Assembly (NCBI GenBank): GCA_047967505.1 | Contig: CM106538.1 | From: Dipteris shenzhenensis | Lineage: Eukaryota | Length of the DNA: 64,000 bases | Strand: one strand, 5' to 3' | In this document: in pieces, positions 12,237-25,556 of the stretch | How positions within the stretch are numbered: position 1 is the first letter of the stretch | Layout: the number at the start of each line of letters is the position of its first letter | Notes under the pieces: generated by a model | Seen by the model: only the letters and a program-made list of their open reading frames with translations | The model's database searches: none | What the model was told of the DNA's origin: nothing | Program-made: the position numbers and the translations under genes

Positions 12237-14321
12237 CGTGTGGAACCGAGTTAGGACAGCGAGATGAGCCGCAAGGAGCCTATGGGAAACGGCATGCGGG
12301 GCTGTTTGGATGCATAGGAAAGTGGCAAGACGAGACACAAGGAACAGGTGTAGAGGAACAGGTGTAGAGCGGCGAGCAAGGCCGCAGGGAACAGAAGCAA
12401 ATGAATGAAAAGGGCAAGGTGAGCCCAAGTGTGGGCAAGTGCAACCGGGCAAGCAGGTGGGTGAGCAAGGCCTAGGATCGGACGACGCGTTGGGCGAGAT
12501 GAGCCCAAATGTTGTTGTTAAAGCTCTTAAGTACGATATCTCAGTTGAAGAACAAAGATATGATGCACAACGACGTGGCATGACTGTGGGAATGTTGCGC
12601 ACGCAACGAGGCATGCTGCGAAGTGGAACAGTTTGGGCCCAAGAGGACGCAAACTTGTTTATAGGTGCGCAGAGATTGGGCAAGTTCAATGCCATGAGAA
12701 GGTGGCCAGGTGGGTCACAAGGGAATAGGCAGCGAACTAGGTGCAAAAGAAAGAGACAACGGTGCGGAACAACATTGTGATGAATAGGGCTTTATCAATT
12801 AAGCTAGTGACCACTCATCAGGCACAATTGAATAATCATCAAGGAAAGTCTAGTCAAGCAAGTTGAAGCAAAAGACCAAATATCTATTCGGGTCTATGCC
12901 GTGGTGTATTCGCCAACCATGAGTAGCAAAAGAACTTATGAAAAAAGAAAAATAGGGATTATGCCACTCTACCATGATCACTTCCATGCTACAAATAAGG
13001 GAATACATAGTCGTTTTAGGGTACTTTTAGGGTTCATTCCCAACCACCAAAAAGAGGGCCAATGCTATCTATTTGTATTCATAAAATCTTTATGAACATT
13101 ATCATGTTCGATAAGGATAGGAGCCAGCTCAATGGGTAGTCTTAAACAAATATAAATAGTATTCGAATTTTAACCTTATGCAAAAGCTTTTTTTAAAACA
13201 CAAAGTAAAACTTGATTATACATATAGATGGGAATCAGGTCACCATTGTAAGTATGTATCTAGTAATTAAGTTGAAAATATTCCCTTAGAAAAGGGTCAT
13301 AGCTCAATCACCATAGTACCCATATTATATATCCAAAATTTACAAGATCTCATTCATACCATTACAATGTTTTCATCACTTGTCATAAGTACTAACCTCA
13401 ATTGGCATTATGTATTTGGGTCAGAATAGTTTTGTTTATAGGATATAATGGAGCCGTACATTTATGTAATATCTAGTGATCATAGTTTCTAATATAGGAT
13501 AAAATGGAGCATAGAGTAATGTTGTCATTCAAAAATGATAATATACCTCCTTTGACCATATACAAGTATCATGCATTCATAAAAAAAGTTAGTCATAAAC
13601 TGCAATATAATGTGCCCATAATGCATGTACATTAAATCTTCACATGTTAGAATGTGAGAAAGGGAATAATTTAACTATGAAATCAGGGATCAATGTAGGA
13701 AATTGTCTTCTATGCACACATGTATGCTAAGGGTCCATCTAATACAATATTGGAAATTGATGTGAGTATAAGTGTATGCATCCATCGGTGATGTATATGA
13801 GTGTATGCATCCATTTGTGATGTATATTGTTGTACTAATCCATGGTGCTTTACGGCTTGAGTTGTTTGTAGCGCAATTAATCACAACAATGTTGTATTTC
13901 TTAAAAGAAAAATGCCATAAAAATTTCATGCTGCAAAACACACACAAAAAAATGGCATTTGTAGCATTAGTCCAAGCATTTCCTGCAAGCAATCTCTATC
14001 CCCCCCTTTCCTGCTTACTCTTTTGGCCACCTCTAGACTGCCTCTTGCCTCCTCGCCTCCTTGCTTCCTCACCTCCTCACCTCCTTACTTCTTTGCCTTC
14101 TCCCTTCTCACCTCCTTGCATCATGCTTGTTGCTGGCACAATTCCAAGGCTGTCCCTCCTCTCATTGGCCAGCTCCTCTACTCCTCACGTCATCCTTTCC
14201 CTCATTTTGGTGTCTCCAATGAATAGCTTGGGGGTCTTGTTTTTGGAGGGGGGAAGCATAAGAATGGCAACACGTTAATGCGCTATTATTTTTTGTGCTT
14301 TTGCCACCCAAAAACAAGACC

Positions 14322-14438
14322 TGCAAAGCCCTTGCTTAAGCTTGAATGAACCTCTTGATTTTGGGCGTGTTAAGCCATTTTTGACCATTATACCCCCAAA
14401 ATCAAGAGGCTCATTCAAGCTTAAGCAAGGACTTTGCA
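14322..14438. repeat. Near-perfect inverted repeat (44-bp arms, ~29-nt loop)
   Basis: tgcaaagcccttgcttaagcttgaatgaacctcttgattttggg versus cccaaaatcaagaggctcattcaagcttaagcaaggactttgca; 2 mismatches. Confidence 0.9.
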
Positions 14439-15060
14439 AGCATTGCAAGTCCAGTAAATGAATCAATTAGATTAGGAATTGGCAAACTTGATTTAGGAAT
14501 GGTCAGAAATACTTTGACTTTGAATAATGCCTTGGATCATGGGATGGGGTCCCATGAATCTACTGCCTATGATGACGAATGGTTCTACCCTCGACTAAAG
14601 GTGACATGTGTAGTAGTAAAAGGATAGCCCTCATGGAATCTCTAAGGGGTCTTGATTTTGGCCATGATTTACACATTCTAGCACTTGAGCCATACATCAA
14701 TTTCCAACACTTGAGGCATATAGTGGCTTTGCCCATGCAATGTTTCCAGCTGCAATCCAAGCATCAAGCAATCTCATATTTTGTATCCAGAGACATCATG
14801 AGGGGTAAAGCCTCTTTTTGGTAGTCTCACTAGCAATATGTATTGAAAAAAAAATGTATTCAATTATTATATTCTTCCTTCCTATATGAATGCTCTTAAT
14901 GCATCCAAATTGTAGAACTACTTCAATACTACTTCTTAGTTATATTGTATAATAACCTCCATATGTATGCTCGTGAGACAATAAAAAAGAGACCTGGCAA
15001 CCCAAAAATGACAGCGCATTGATGCGCTACCAATTTTGGGATGCTAGGCCTCTTTTTTAA

Positions 15061-15593
15061 TGTCTCATGAACATAAGAACAAGCACTTGTGTTCCTTACC
15101 TTTCTTTCCAATGGGGGTCTTGATTTTGGGGGTGTATGCCAAAAATTGATTAAAAACATTATTTGATGCATATAGTTTTATTAAATAGATAAAATAGGTA
15201 CAAAAACATCTAAATTGGCTCTTGCCATTCGATTTGATGTATGACATGAGCCCATTTGGATTTGTAATTCTAAAGATACGGGGTCTTACTTTTAGGGCTT
15301 GAATGCCTGAAATAGGCAACGCATCAACGCACTGTCTATTTCATACATTTAGGCCTCAAAAGTAGGACCTCATTTGGTCCTACATGAGGTCCTACTTTTG
15401 AGGCCTAAATGCATGAAATAGGCAGCACGTTAACAAGCTACCTATTTCAGGAATTTAGCCCTAAAAGTAGGACCCCGTATCTTTGGACTTACAAATCCCA
15501 ATGGGATCATGTCCTATATCAAATCGAATGGCAAGAGCCAATTTAGATGGTTTTCATGCCTATTTTCTCCATCAATCAAAACTGTATGCATGA

Positions 15594-15641
<48 letters not shown>

Positions 15642-15659
15642 GGATACATACATACATAC

Positions 15660-15696
<37 letters not shown>

Positions 15697-15700
15697 CGCG

Positions 15701-15732
<32 letters not shown>

Positions 15733-16398
15733 CACATATAGATATATATGTATGTATATACATACATATATACATACTTACATATGTACAGCAAAATTAG
15801 GACCCCATTGGTTGCCTATTTCATGCATTTTGTTGTCTCATGAGCATAAGAACAAGCACTTGTGTTCCTTACCTTTCTTTGCAATGGGGGTCTTGATTTT
15901 GAGGGGGGTATGCTAAAAATTGATAAACAATATTATTTGATAAATATAGTTTTAGTTGATGGAGAAAATGGACATGAAAACCATCTAAATTAGATCTTGC
16001 CATTCGATTTGATATATGACATGACCCCATTTGGATATGCAAGTCCAAAGATACAAGGTGCTACTTTTAGGGCCTGAATGCCTGAAATAGGGAGCGCGTC
16101 TATTTCATGCATTTAGGCCTCAAAAGTACGACCCCATTGGCAACCCAATGGGGTCGTACTTTTGAGCCCTAAATGCATTAACGTGCTGCCTATTTCAGGC
16201 ATTCAGGCCCTAAAAGTAGGACCCTGTATCTTTGGACTTACAAATCCAAATGGGGTCATGTCATATATCAAATCAAACGGCAAGAGCCAATTTATATGAT
16301 TTTCATGTCCATTTTCTACATATATCAAAATTATATGCATCAAATATACATCAATATATACATATATGCATTAACATATACATACATACATACATACA

Positions 16399-16461
<63 letters not shown>

Positions 16462-17138
16462 ATATATATATGTGTATGTATGTACATGCATATATATATA
16501 TATACATACATACATACAAACATCAAAAGTAAGACCCCATTGGTTTCCCATGTCATGCGTTTTGTTGTCTCATGAGCATAAGAACAAGCACTTGTGTTAT
16601 TTACCTTTCTTTGCAATGGGGAACTTGATTTTGGGGTGGTATGCCAAAAATTGATCAACAACATTATTTGATGAATATAGTTTTAGTTGATGGAGAAAAT
16701 GGACATGAAAACCATCTAAATTGGATCTTGCCGTTTGATTGGATATATGACATGACCCCATTTGGATATACAAGTCCAAAGATACGGGGTACTACTTTTA
16801 GGGCCTGAATGCCTGAAATAGGCAGCGCATTAATGCACTGTCTATTTCATGCATTTAGGCCTCAAAACTAGGACCCCATTGTGTTGCTAATGGGGTCCTA
16901 CTTATGAGGCCTAAATGCATGAAATAGGTAGCACGTTAATGCGCTGCCTATTTTAGGCATTCAGGCCCTAAAAGTAGGACCCCATATCTTTGGACTTACA
17001 AATCCAAATGGGATCATATCATATATCAATTCAAACGACAAGAGCCAATTTAGATGGTTTTCATGTCCATTTTCTCTATTTATCAAAATTGTATGCATCA
17101 ATATATACATCAATATATACATATATGCATCAACATAT

Positions 17139-17176
<38 letters not shown>

Positions 17177-17470
17177 ATAAATAAATAAATATATACATAC
17201 ATACATACATATATACATACATATATATATATATATACACACACACACATATATATATGTATGTATGTATGTAGATACATACATACATACATACATACAA
17301 ACATCAAAAGTAAGACCCCATTGGTTGCCTATGTCATGCATTTTATTGTCTCATGAGCATAAGAACAAGCACTTGTGTTCCTTACCTTTCTTTGCAATGG
17401 GGGTCTTGATTTTGGTGGGGTATGCCAAAAATTGATCAACAACATTATTTGATGCATATAGTTTTAGTAC
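15061..17470. repeat. Tandem array of ~730-780-bp units, each with a ~420-bp palindrome plus CA/TA/TACA microsatellites
   Basis: Unit starts at 15061, 15834, 16566 and 17347 (partial); palindrome centres ~15378, ~16142, ~16884. Confidence 0.9.
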
Positions 17471-17676
17471 ACATACATACATACATACATATGTGTATGT
17501 GTGTACATACATACATGGATGCATGCATGCATACATACATATTGATGCATATAGTTTTACTAGATGGGGAAAATAGGCCCCACTCCGATTTTTGTGAAGA
17601 GACCCAACTAGACAAATAGAGCAAGTCCAAGGGGTCGCTAGGGACACCCCTCGGCAAATGGAGATGCCCGGTATAC

Positions 17677-18158
17677 AATTTTAGCACCAATTTTGGGACG
17701 TAAGCTGCATAGTCATGTCCAAAAAAAGTTGTGTCAATTCTTGCATTAAATGTAGGGTGGTGAATATTTCCTTATTCCGTCATGGGGCCGGAGAAGATGG
17801 AGGCAAAAAATTGAACCTCCAAAAAGACTTCTTTTACCGGTCTATGGGGACCGGCTCTTACTAGTGTTGAGAGTGGACAAGACAGCTACCATTGGTGTGA
17901 TATGGGAATCTCCCAGTCTGTAATTTTAGCACCAATTTTGGGATGTATACTGCATAGTCAGGTCCAAAAAAAGTTGTGTCAATTCTTGCATTAAATGTAG
18001 GGTGATGAATATATCCTATTTCATCATGGGGCCTGCAGAAGACGGAGGGAAAAAATTGAACCTCCAAAAAGACTTCTTTTACCAGTCTATGGGGCCTAGC
18101 TCTTACTAGCATTGAGAGTGGACAAGACAGGTACCGCTGGTGTGATATAGGAATCTCC
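17677..18158. repeat. ~245-bp tandem duplication
   Basis: aattttagcaccaattttggga...gagagtggacaagacag...ggaatctcc twice. Confidence 0.9.
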
Positions 18159-20157
18159 AAGTCTCAAGTTTTGGGGTACATGAAATTAGATCATGCTGAT
18201 GGTAACTCTAAGAGGTTCCATAGGCAGGCCACATTCTTCATCATAGCTAACTCAAATGCAAGGCAGTGAAAATGCCAGGAGAGTTGCTAGGTAGCATTGA
18301 TTTTGGGAAGGGATATGATGATACTTTGTTGTGTTATGTAGGATATTAATTTCCATTAAATTTGGGACATGTTAGATATAACTTCATAAAATCCTAAGTC
18401 ATGAAATTAATACATTACAAGTTCAAGCATAAATAATAGTCGTGAAGTTAATGCATTAAATATTCAAGCCTAAAGACACATTAATCAAGACCTAATGCAC
18501 CGTACCAGACTTTGGCCTTACCCTCATTCCATAGACTTGCCAACGTAAGGTCAAAATTTTCATTCTTAAGAATATGTGGAAAGACCTTACGTTTGGCCCA
18601 CTTTTGGCAAAAAAATTTCATTCTAAAGAATAGGTGGAGTGAAATTGTGTTTGATAAATACAAATCAATGCTCAAGTTTGGACATATATAAAGGTATCCT
18701 TTTGAAGATATTGGAACACATGAGAGAAATAATATTGAAGATACATGAATTTTTAGACATACTATTAAAGACAAATGAACATATAATGGATGAAATCCTA
18801 TTGATGATACATGAATTTTCAATAGAACTGTTATTCAAAAGATTTGATGGATTGAATGTAGCTTTAATACATTATCCCTTTTACAAGGGTGTTTGAGTTT
18901 GAGGCTTGAAACATAAGAATGAATCTATGTTGAAGCCTCGTGGTTTGTTAAGGATATGTGAAACTTATAGTAAAAGTACTTACAATGGAAGGGATTATAT
19001 CAAGATCCTATTAAGGACATGTGAACATATAGTATAATAATTCTACATAAAATCAGTGGATCAAACTTAATGGCTCAAAAGCAAAAAAGGATGATGGTGC
19101 AACCTAGGGGCTACTCTACGGCACTATGGCAGCAATCTTTGTAGTTACTATCAAAGGTAGTATAACTTTTTTATCAAGGAAAGAGACACGAACCACTCCA
19201 CATGACCTAGATCTGTATGACCTAGGTTGCACCGACTTGTTTCTCTCATGGATAAAAAGTGACCCTTAGATGATGCTATAGCACTCCCTTTTTTGGTCCA
19301 TTATTATAGCACAATTGGGGCCTTTTAACCTAATACTAGCTACCCATCAAATATTTGTTGTAGATGTTAAGGGTAATTACCAAATTACTAGTGGTAGTTT
19401 TGTCATTACCATTAGTAATTTTATTAGAGTGTTCCTCAATGGTAGTTCTCCTACTACTACATACAATATTACCAATAGTAGTCCTAATCCCAATGATAGT
19501 ACACATAATATTATTACAACCATCCAACTTTAATCATCATTATATCTATGAATGCATATATATAGGTCTATCTATATCTATACCTATTTATTCCTCATCT
19601 AATACGTTTGCATTTATGCTTTGAAACTAAAGATAATGTGATTTCATTATTATTTGCATTCTTGTCAACATGAGGAGTTGGAATGCATAAAAGTTGGGAG
19701 GCACATTATAATTTCTGTGCAGATTTGAGCCATTGAATAGCCTATTGATTCTGATTGTTTTCTTTCTTATTAAATCCTTAATTTGGTTATTTCACACTGA
19801 ACATCGCCATATCAATTCATATTTTTTTTGTTCTAGTAATGTCCTATCGCAGCATAGTCCAGGGTTGATCATACAAGATAAATGGGTGCTCACATTTAAT
19901 ATATTTTTGAGAGTCAGAGGATAGTGGCTATAGACTACAAAATCATCACTTTGAATAAATTTGGCAAGATTCTTCTGATAGAAGGAATAATTTCTATTGC
20001 ACTAACGATGAAAGAAAATTATCGAAAGGTTGATACAAGGCTCAAAATCACCAGTAAGGCTGATACAAGGCTCAAAATCACACTGGTGCTACTAGGCTTA
20101 ATAGTCGTAGTAGTACTAGTGTATTTACTAAGTAGTGTGCGTGCCTCTCCTTATTAA

Positions 20158-20760
20158 AATTCATAGTCTTCAAAAATATATAATACATGAGTCAAAATAT
20201 TCTAATTAGTTTTATCATCCTAATGTTGAAACTGACTTAAATTCATAGTCTTCAAAAAGGTATCACATAAGTCAAAATATTCCAATTAGTTTTATTGTCC
20301 TCATGTTGAAACTGACTTTCTCTTCCTTCGTCTCCTATGAGCTTCAAACCTTCAATCCATTAATCTCTCAAATAGTAAGAATGGTCTTGTATTAAGAGAC
20401 GATGATATCTAAAGGGATCTACAAATACTAAGAATGGTCTTATATTAAGAGGTGATGATATCTCAAGTGTTATACAAATCGTAAGAATGGTTTTGTATTA
20501 AAAGGTGATGATATCTCAAGTGTTCTACAAATAGTAAGAATGGTTCAAGTGTTCTACAAAAGTATTAGGTACCTCTTAGTGGCCGAAGGGAAGGAGTGAT
20601 GATATCTCAAGTGTTCTACAAATAGTAAGGTCTTGTATTAAGAGGTGATAATATCTCAAGTGTTCTACAAATAGTGATAATGGTTTTATATTAGGAGGTG
20701 ATGATATCTCAAGTGTTCCATAAAACTATTAGATACCTCTTAGTGGTTGAAGGGAAGGGG
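20158..20760. repeat. ~81-bp duplication followed by a ~52-bp minisatellite
   Basis: aattcatagtcttcaaaaa...gaaactgactt twice; caaatagtaagaatgg...gatgatatctcaagtgttcta about 6 times. Confidence 0.85.
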
Positions 20761-22228
20761 TTGGAAGTATGGCCAAAATCTCTAGGAACTATAGGATGGT
20801 TGCAAGAACAATTTTGAATGTCATAAATGACACTTGGGTTTTTCAACATATGGGTAAACTATTTTTAAACATTCACTTCTTTCATGGTTGATAACACTTT
20901 TAATAAGAAGAACCATTTTGAATGTCATAAGTGTTAATGCAATCCCATGCTATGAAGTGTACAGACTGTTTTTTTTCCCCGCATATGGGTGAAGTGATGT
21001 TTACGTTACTAAGTTCAACGTATCAAGCAACGCATTTGTTTTGATTATTGAAGGAGTTTGATAATAAGACCCATTTCAAATGCAAAAGAATTGTTGTATC
21101 AGTAATGGAATCTGCTTTGGAGTGGAAATTCGGTTTCTTTCAAACCCACATACTATTGTTGTATAATGTGAGTATGGCTCCAATTGGAAGTTAAGGTAGA
21201 CTATAATTCGCAATGTTGGTATAGTTACACATAGTAACATAAGTTTTATTTCCGAGAATCTTCCCAAATAGTGGTTTCCACAAAGCTATGTTGAGTACCT
21301 TGATAAGGAAATTGTGGAAAAGCTCGCTCGCTTTTTTGGGCCTGCTCACTTTTTCTCGCTCGCTCTATCGACTGTCTCGTTCCTAGCCCATTGTAGCTTC
21401 AATATGCCACCTCATCATCTTCTTCTCCACCCTCCACCTTCTTGTTAATTTCTGTCCTCTTTCTCTCCAAATTTTGCTTAGCTCCGTTCTCCTACATTAA
21501 GCGACCATTCCCAGAGCCCTCTGAGCTGAAGTATCCTCTATTTGGGGTGTACCTTTGACACCAAGCATTCTCTGAAATTTTGCTTCATTTGCCCATGCCA
21601 ACACAATCTATGCTCGCTGAACTTTCAAGAAATTCTACCTACAAATGCGATATTTCGTCAAATCCTTTGAGCCACGGGTGGGCAACACTATGAGCTTGCT
21701 GTTGATGAAATTTGAGCTCAAATGCTTGCTGGAGTAAGGAGAAACAAGCAAAAGACCAGTTGGAGAAGGCACTACTGTCATGAGCAATTCTGCGCGTTTT
21801 TTAGGCAATCCTCCTAGATGGACAATTTCTGGTATAAGGTTTTCAAATGCGCATTAAAAGCCCTCTCAGTTATGCTTCATAGAGCTTGAATCAAGCCCTC
21901 CAAATTACTCTATTTTTTACTCCTGAATTTTGGGCATTTTTTATTTTTGAATGCTTGATGCAAGCTTGGAGATGACTTATTGACAAAAAATTATTGGTTA
22001 ATAATGCCTAGCTCTTATTCATCTTCCAATGCTTCATATGTGAAAGCAAAGAAGAAGAAACAAGCACCTAGATATGTCAATAGGAAGGCAACAAAACTTA
22101 TGAAGAAAAAGTCATATAAACCATATTATTATTTTGATGCAAAAAGTTATATGCACTTGTATGGTTGAGACTCATAAGCCATTTGTAAGAGAGCACACAC
22201 TGCCTAAACATAAAGGTAAGACCCTCTC

Positions 22229-23092
22229 TTGACCACCTTTAAGATAGACAAGTTCAATGGCCAAGGTTTTTACACTTGGCAAATGAAAATCAAATTTGTG
22301 CTTATGAAAGAGAATTTGTGGGACTTTCTCAAGTCAGGGAATCAATCATCTCAAGAAGGTGAATCCACCACAACTAAAGGTAAGGGGAAGGCAAGTGACT
22401 CTTCTTCAACTACACCTGCAGATGCTAAAAAGCTAGAGAAAGCTTATGTAATTATTGCATTAGGTTTGTGAGATAATTATGTGCATCATATTTCAGATTT
22501 GGAATCCCCTTTTGAGGCCTGGCATAAGTTTGATGTGTTATTTGGTACTAGCTCTCATACTTCTAAGTTGAATTTAAAAATTAAGTTCTTTGAACTTAAG
22601 ATGGATGGAGACAATGTTGCAGCTCATGTTAATACTTTGAGGAGTTTTATGACACAATTGGTCTCAATCAACTCTCCAGTTACTAAAGATGATGCTATGA
22701 TTATGCTCTTGAAGAGTATGTCTCAAGACTATGATTATGTTGTGACTACCTTGAAGAATCTTCCCCAACCCACACTAGAAGGCATCATCAATGCTCTACA
22801 AGAGGAAGAGAGAAAGAACATTTCAAGAATGAGTGAAGTGCACACACAAGCACTTACAGTAAAGTTTTCATCAAAGAGCAAGTACAAGGCATGCAAGCAT
22901 TGTGGAAAGACCAATCATCTTGAAAAAGATTGCTACAAAATCCATCCTTACACTTATTGTGACAAGAACAATCATTCAAAGAAGTTTTACAATGAGAAGA
23001 AGAAAAACATGGCAAATCAAGCTGAAGAGAGAACTCCATCAACAAATGAAGAATCAAACTTTGTGGTAGAAGATAAAGACTATGCTTTTTGA
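22229..23092 (+). pseudogene. Ty1/copia gag relic
   Basis: KFNGQGFYTWQMKIKFVL..LW, HISDLESPFEAW, zinc knuckle CKHCGKTNHLEKDC; one in-frame TGA at 22469; pol essentially lost apart from a weak FKALP remnant near 23690. Confidence 0.85.
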
Positions 23093-24054
23093 GCACACTG
23101 TCTTTTGAACTTTATTTATCATCACTTCGTCAATTTTTTAGATTCTCTACTTGGAATAGTACTCTAAAAAGAATGTTATGTGTTTTATGTTTTGTAAATC
23201 ACCTGTGGTCACCATAAGATGTAGGCCATGTGATATGTGTTTGATCTATCCCATTTTTGTAAACCTCAACCCTTGGGTACCTTTGCTAGCATGAGATCTT
23301 AGCCATAGATTTATCCTTGACCACCAAGAGATGGCATGAGAAACTATGTGACTAGATTATACAGTGTATGTTGCTTACATGAAAAGGCAAACTTGTTGGC
23401 ATGAGTACATGTAAATAACAATAAGTTTTTGGCAATGAGTACATTTAAGTGACAATGAGTTGACGCTAGAGGATTGATTTCATTTGGTCTCGCTAAATTA
23501 GAAGAGATTGTAGTATCTATGAAAGACCCCTATACCAAGCGAGAACCTAGGATGGTATGTTCCATGTTGGTTTTCGTAATGGAGAGTATGGAATCTGATT
23601 GAGTTGTTTTTACAGAGTAGAAGAACTTAGAGGTTTAAGGACAAATGAGGATTGTAATGAAAGGAAGTAAACTTGACAACCAACCTTTCAAGGCATTACC
23701 TAAAGAAATTTGAGTCATGGCATAAAAGAGTATGCAAGGAATAAAAGTTGTCACTCATACATGGGATTTTGTCTTTAGGTGACATTAGCCATGAAGTTGA
23801 TGTGTGAGTAAACATGTCTCTTTAGCTTCACGAGGTTCTTTTTGTAATCAAAGAAATATATTACATCTTTCTTTGCTTCACGAGGTGGTTTTTTTTAAAT
23901 CAAAGAAATATATAAAATATGTGCTCAAATGTAGGCGTAAAATATGTATTAGAATCTAAGAATGCAAGATTTGACAACTAAACATGTCTTATTGGAATGC
24001 AATCCAAGAGCACTACCCCAAAAGCATCAAATTTTAACATTGTAAGATAGGGGA

Positions 24055-24058
<4 letters not shown>

Positions 24059-24124
<66 letters not shown>
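24059..24124. repeat. (TC)n(AC)n compound microsatellite
   Basis: Direct reading. Confidence 0.95.
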
Positions 24125-24126
<2 letters not shown>

Positions 24127-24482
24127 GATCCCTTCTCCCAAGAGATCTTTTATCCTCTCTCAAGGCCATCCTTCTCATAGAGTTGCTAAACTTTGTGACA
24201 CAAGAATCACCAACTAACTTGGAAGTTGGAAGTCTATTGAAAAGACAGCCATCACAAATTCGAGGGTCCAAAGTTTCTAGAGGATTGTGATTGCAGATTG
24301 TGCTAGTTACCGATGACCTATGGTACTTTGCACTCTAGCTTGTTCCTAGCTTCAAGTGTTGACAATTGGATGTACCTACTAGTTATACCTGGGTGTCTTG
24401 TGTACCTAGTGCATTTGTGATAAACATTGATAGTGCAATTGAATGATGGTGATGTGTAGGTACTTGTGTTCTGTTTGATTTA

Positions 24483-25556
24483 TGAAGTTCAAGGATTATG
24501 GAGAGCTAGACATAGAGACGCAATGTATGTAGGCATCTGAACAAGATTCCAACAGCCTTCTCAATGTGTTCCTGAGTAAATGGAGTGGTTATGTCTTTGG
24601 GTCAATGTTGGTCCAAAGCGTGACAATAACTAGGGGTGTTGGCGTAGAGGGACCAAACGATGAGCATTGGAACATGGTGCCCCTATAGAATGGGGGACGG
24701 CATTTGAGATAGCCATGTGGGCATGAGATATGCACGCCACATACAAGGGCTTCCATGTGGACAGCTAAAGGGCCGACATGTGGGCAGCTTAGTGGGAAGA
24801 TTGTAGCATCAAGAGAGGCTGCCATGTGGACAGCGTGTAGGCTGACATGTGAGCAGCATAGGATGTGTAGAAAAGAGGAGAAGATGGGCTGCCACATAGG
24901 CAGCAAGATCCAACTGGAAAGGCTGGCAGATCTGCACCAGAGGATGGGGATCTAATGAGCCCATATGGGCTGCGGACAAATGCCAGCATAGTGGCATAAA
25001 ATCGGCCGATGCTGGGGCAGATGGACACCAGGCAAGGGCCTACATATGGGGCCTATCTTGGATGGGCCAAGTCTGTGGGCTTGTCAAACCCACAGAGCAG
25101 TCAGCATTTTGACAGAGCATAGGGTCTGCCGGTCGGCTGTTTACGGGCCAGTCTATGAGAAGGCCAGTTGGCCAGTTGGTTTGGGGGGGACAGACTGAGT
25201 CCCTCCTCACCTATACGAAGAGGCTCCCCATGTGAGGCCACTGACACTCCACGAGCTAAGCTTAGTTTGAGGCAGCGATAGGAGCAGTAAACCAGATCAC
25301 CACTGAGCATCCAAAACAGTGGTTGGCTGCAGTACTAGGAACTCTGCGGAAGCATCCAGTTGTAAAGTTTTGACCTATATTTCGAGAAATATACTGAGCT
25401 GCTGCAACGTCTGGCTGCAGGGTTGTACTTGCAACAGATTCCTGGAATGTGCATCCTAAATGCCTGCCATGTACTTGCAACGGATTCCTGGAATAGTGAG
25501 ATCCAACCCCTACTTGCTGTAATTGGATTGAACTTCAAAGTGGTGCCACCAGTGAG
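24483..25556 (+). mobile_element. LTR-like segment with a PBS-like motif; no partner LTR seen in the window
   Basis: Begins TGAAGTTCAA and ends TTGAACTTCA at 25537 (10-bp inverted ends); followed by aag-TGGTGCCACCAGTGAG. Confidence 0.55.

Noticed and set aside
11170-12780. Purine-rich segment with short ORFs as a possible solo LTR or gene
   Set aside because: No matching termini, TSD or recognisable protein motif found.
13100-13700. Possible Helitron Rep remnant
   Set aside because: The translation is too degenerate to support any motif.
15509-17341. HT/CV/YI-repeat ORFs
   Set aside because: Translations of CA/TA/TACA microsatellites.
20370-20760. Regular ~52-bp repeats (also 7570-7965 and 32323-32678) as a possible CRISPR-like array
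   Set aside because: Units are head-to-tail with no unique spacers, there are no cas genes, and the context is eukaryotic.
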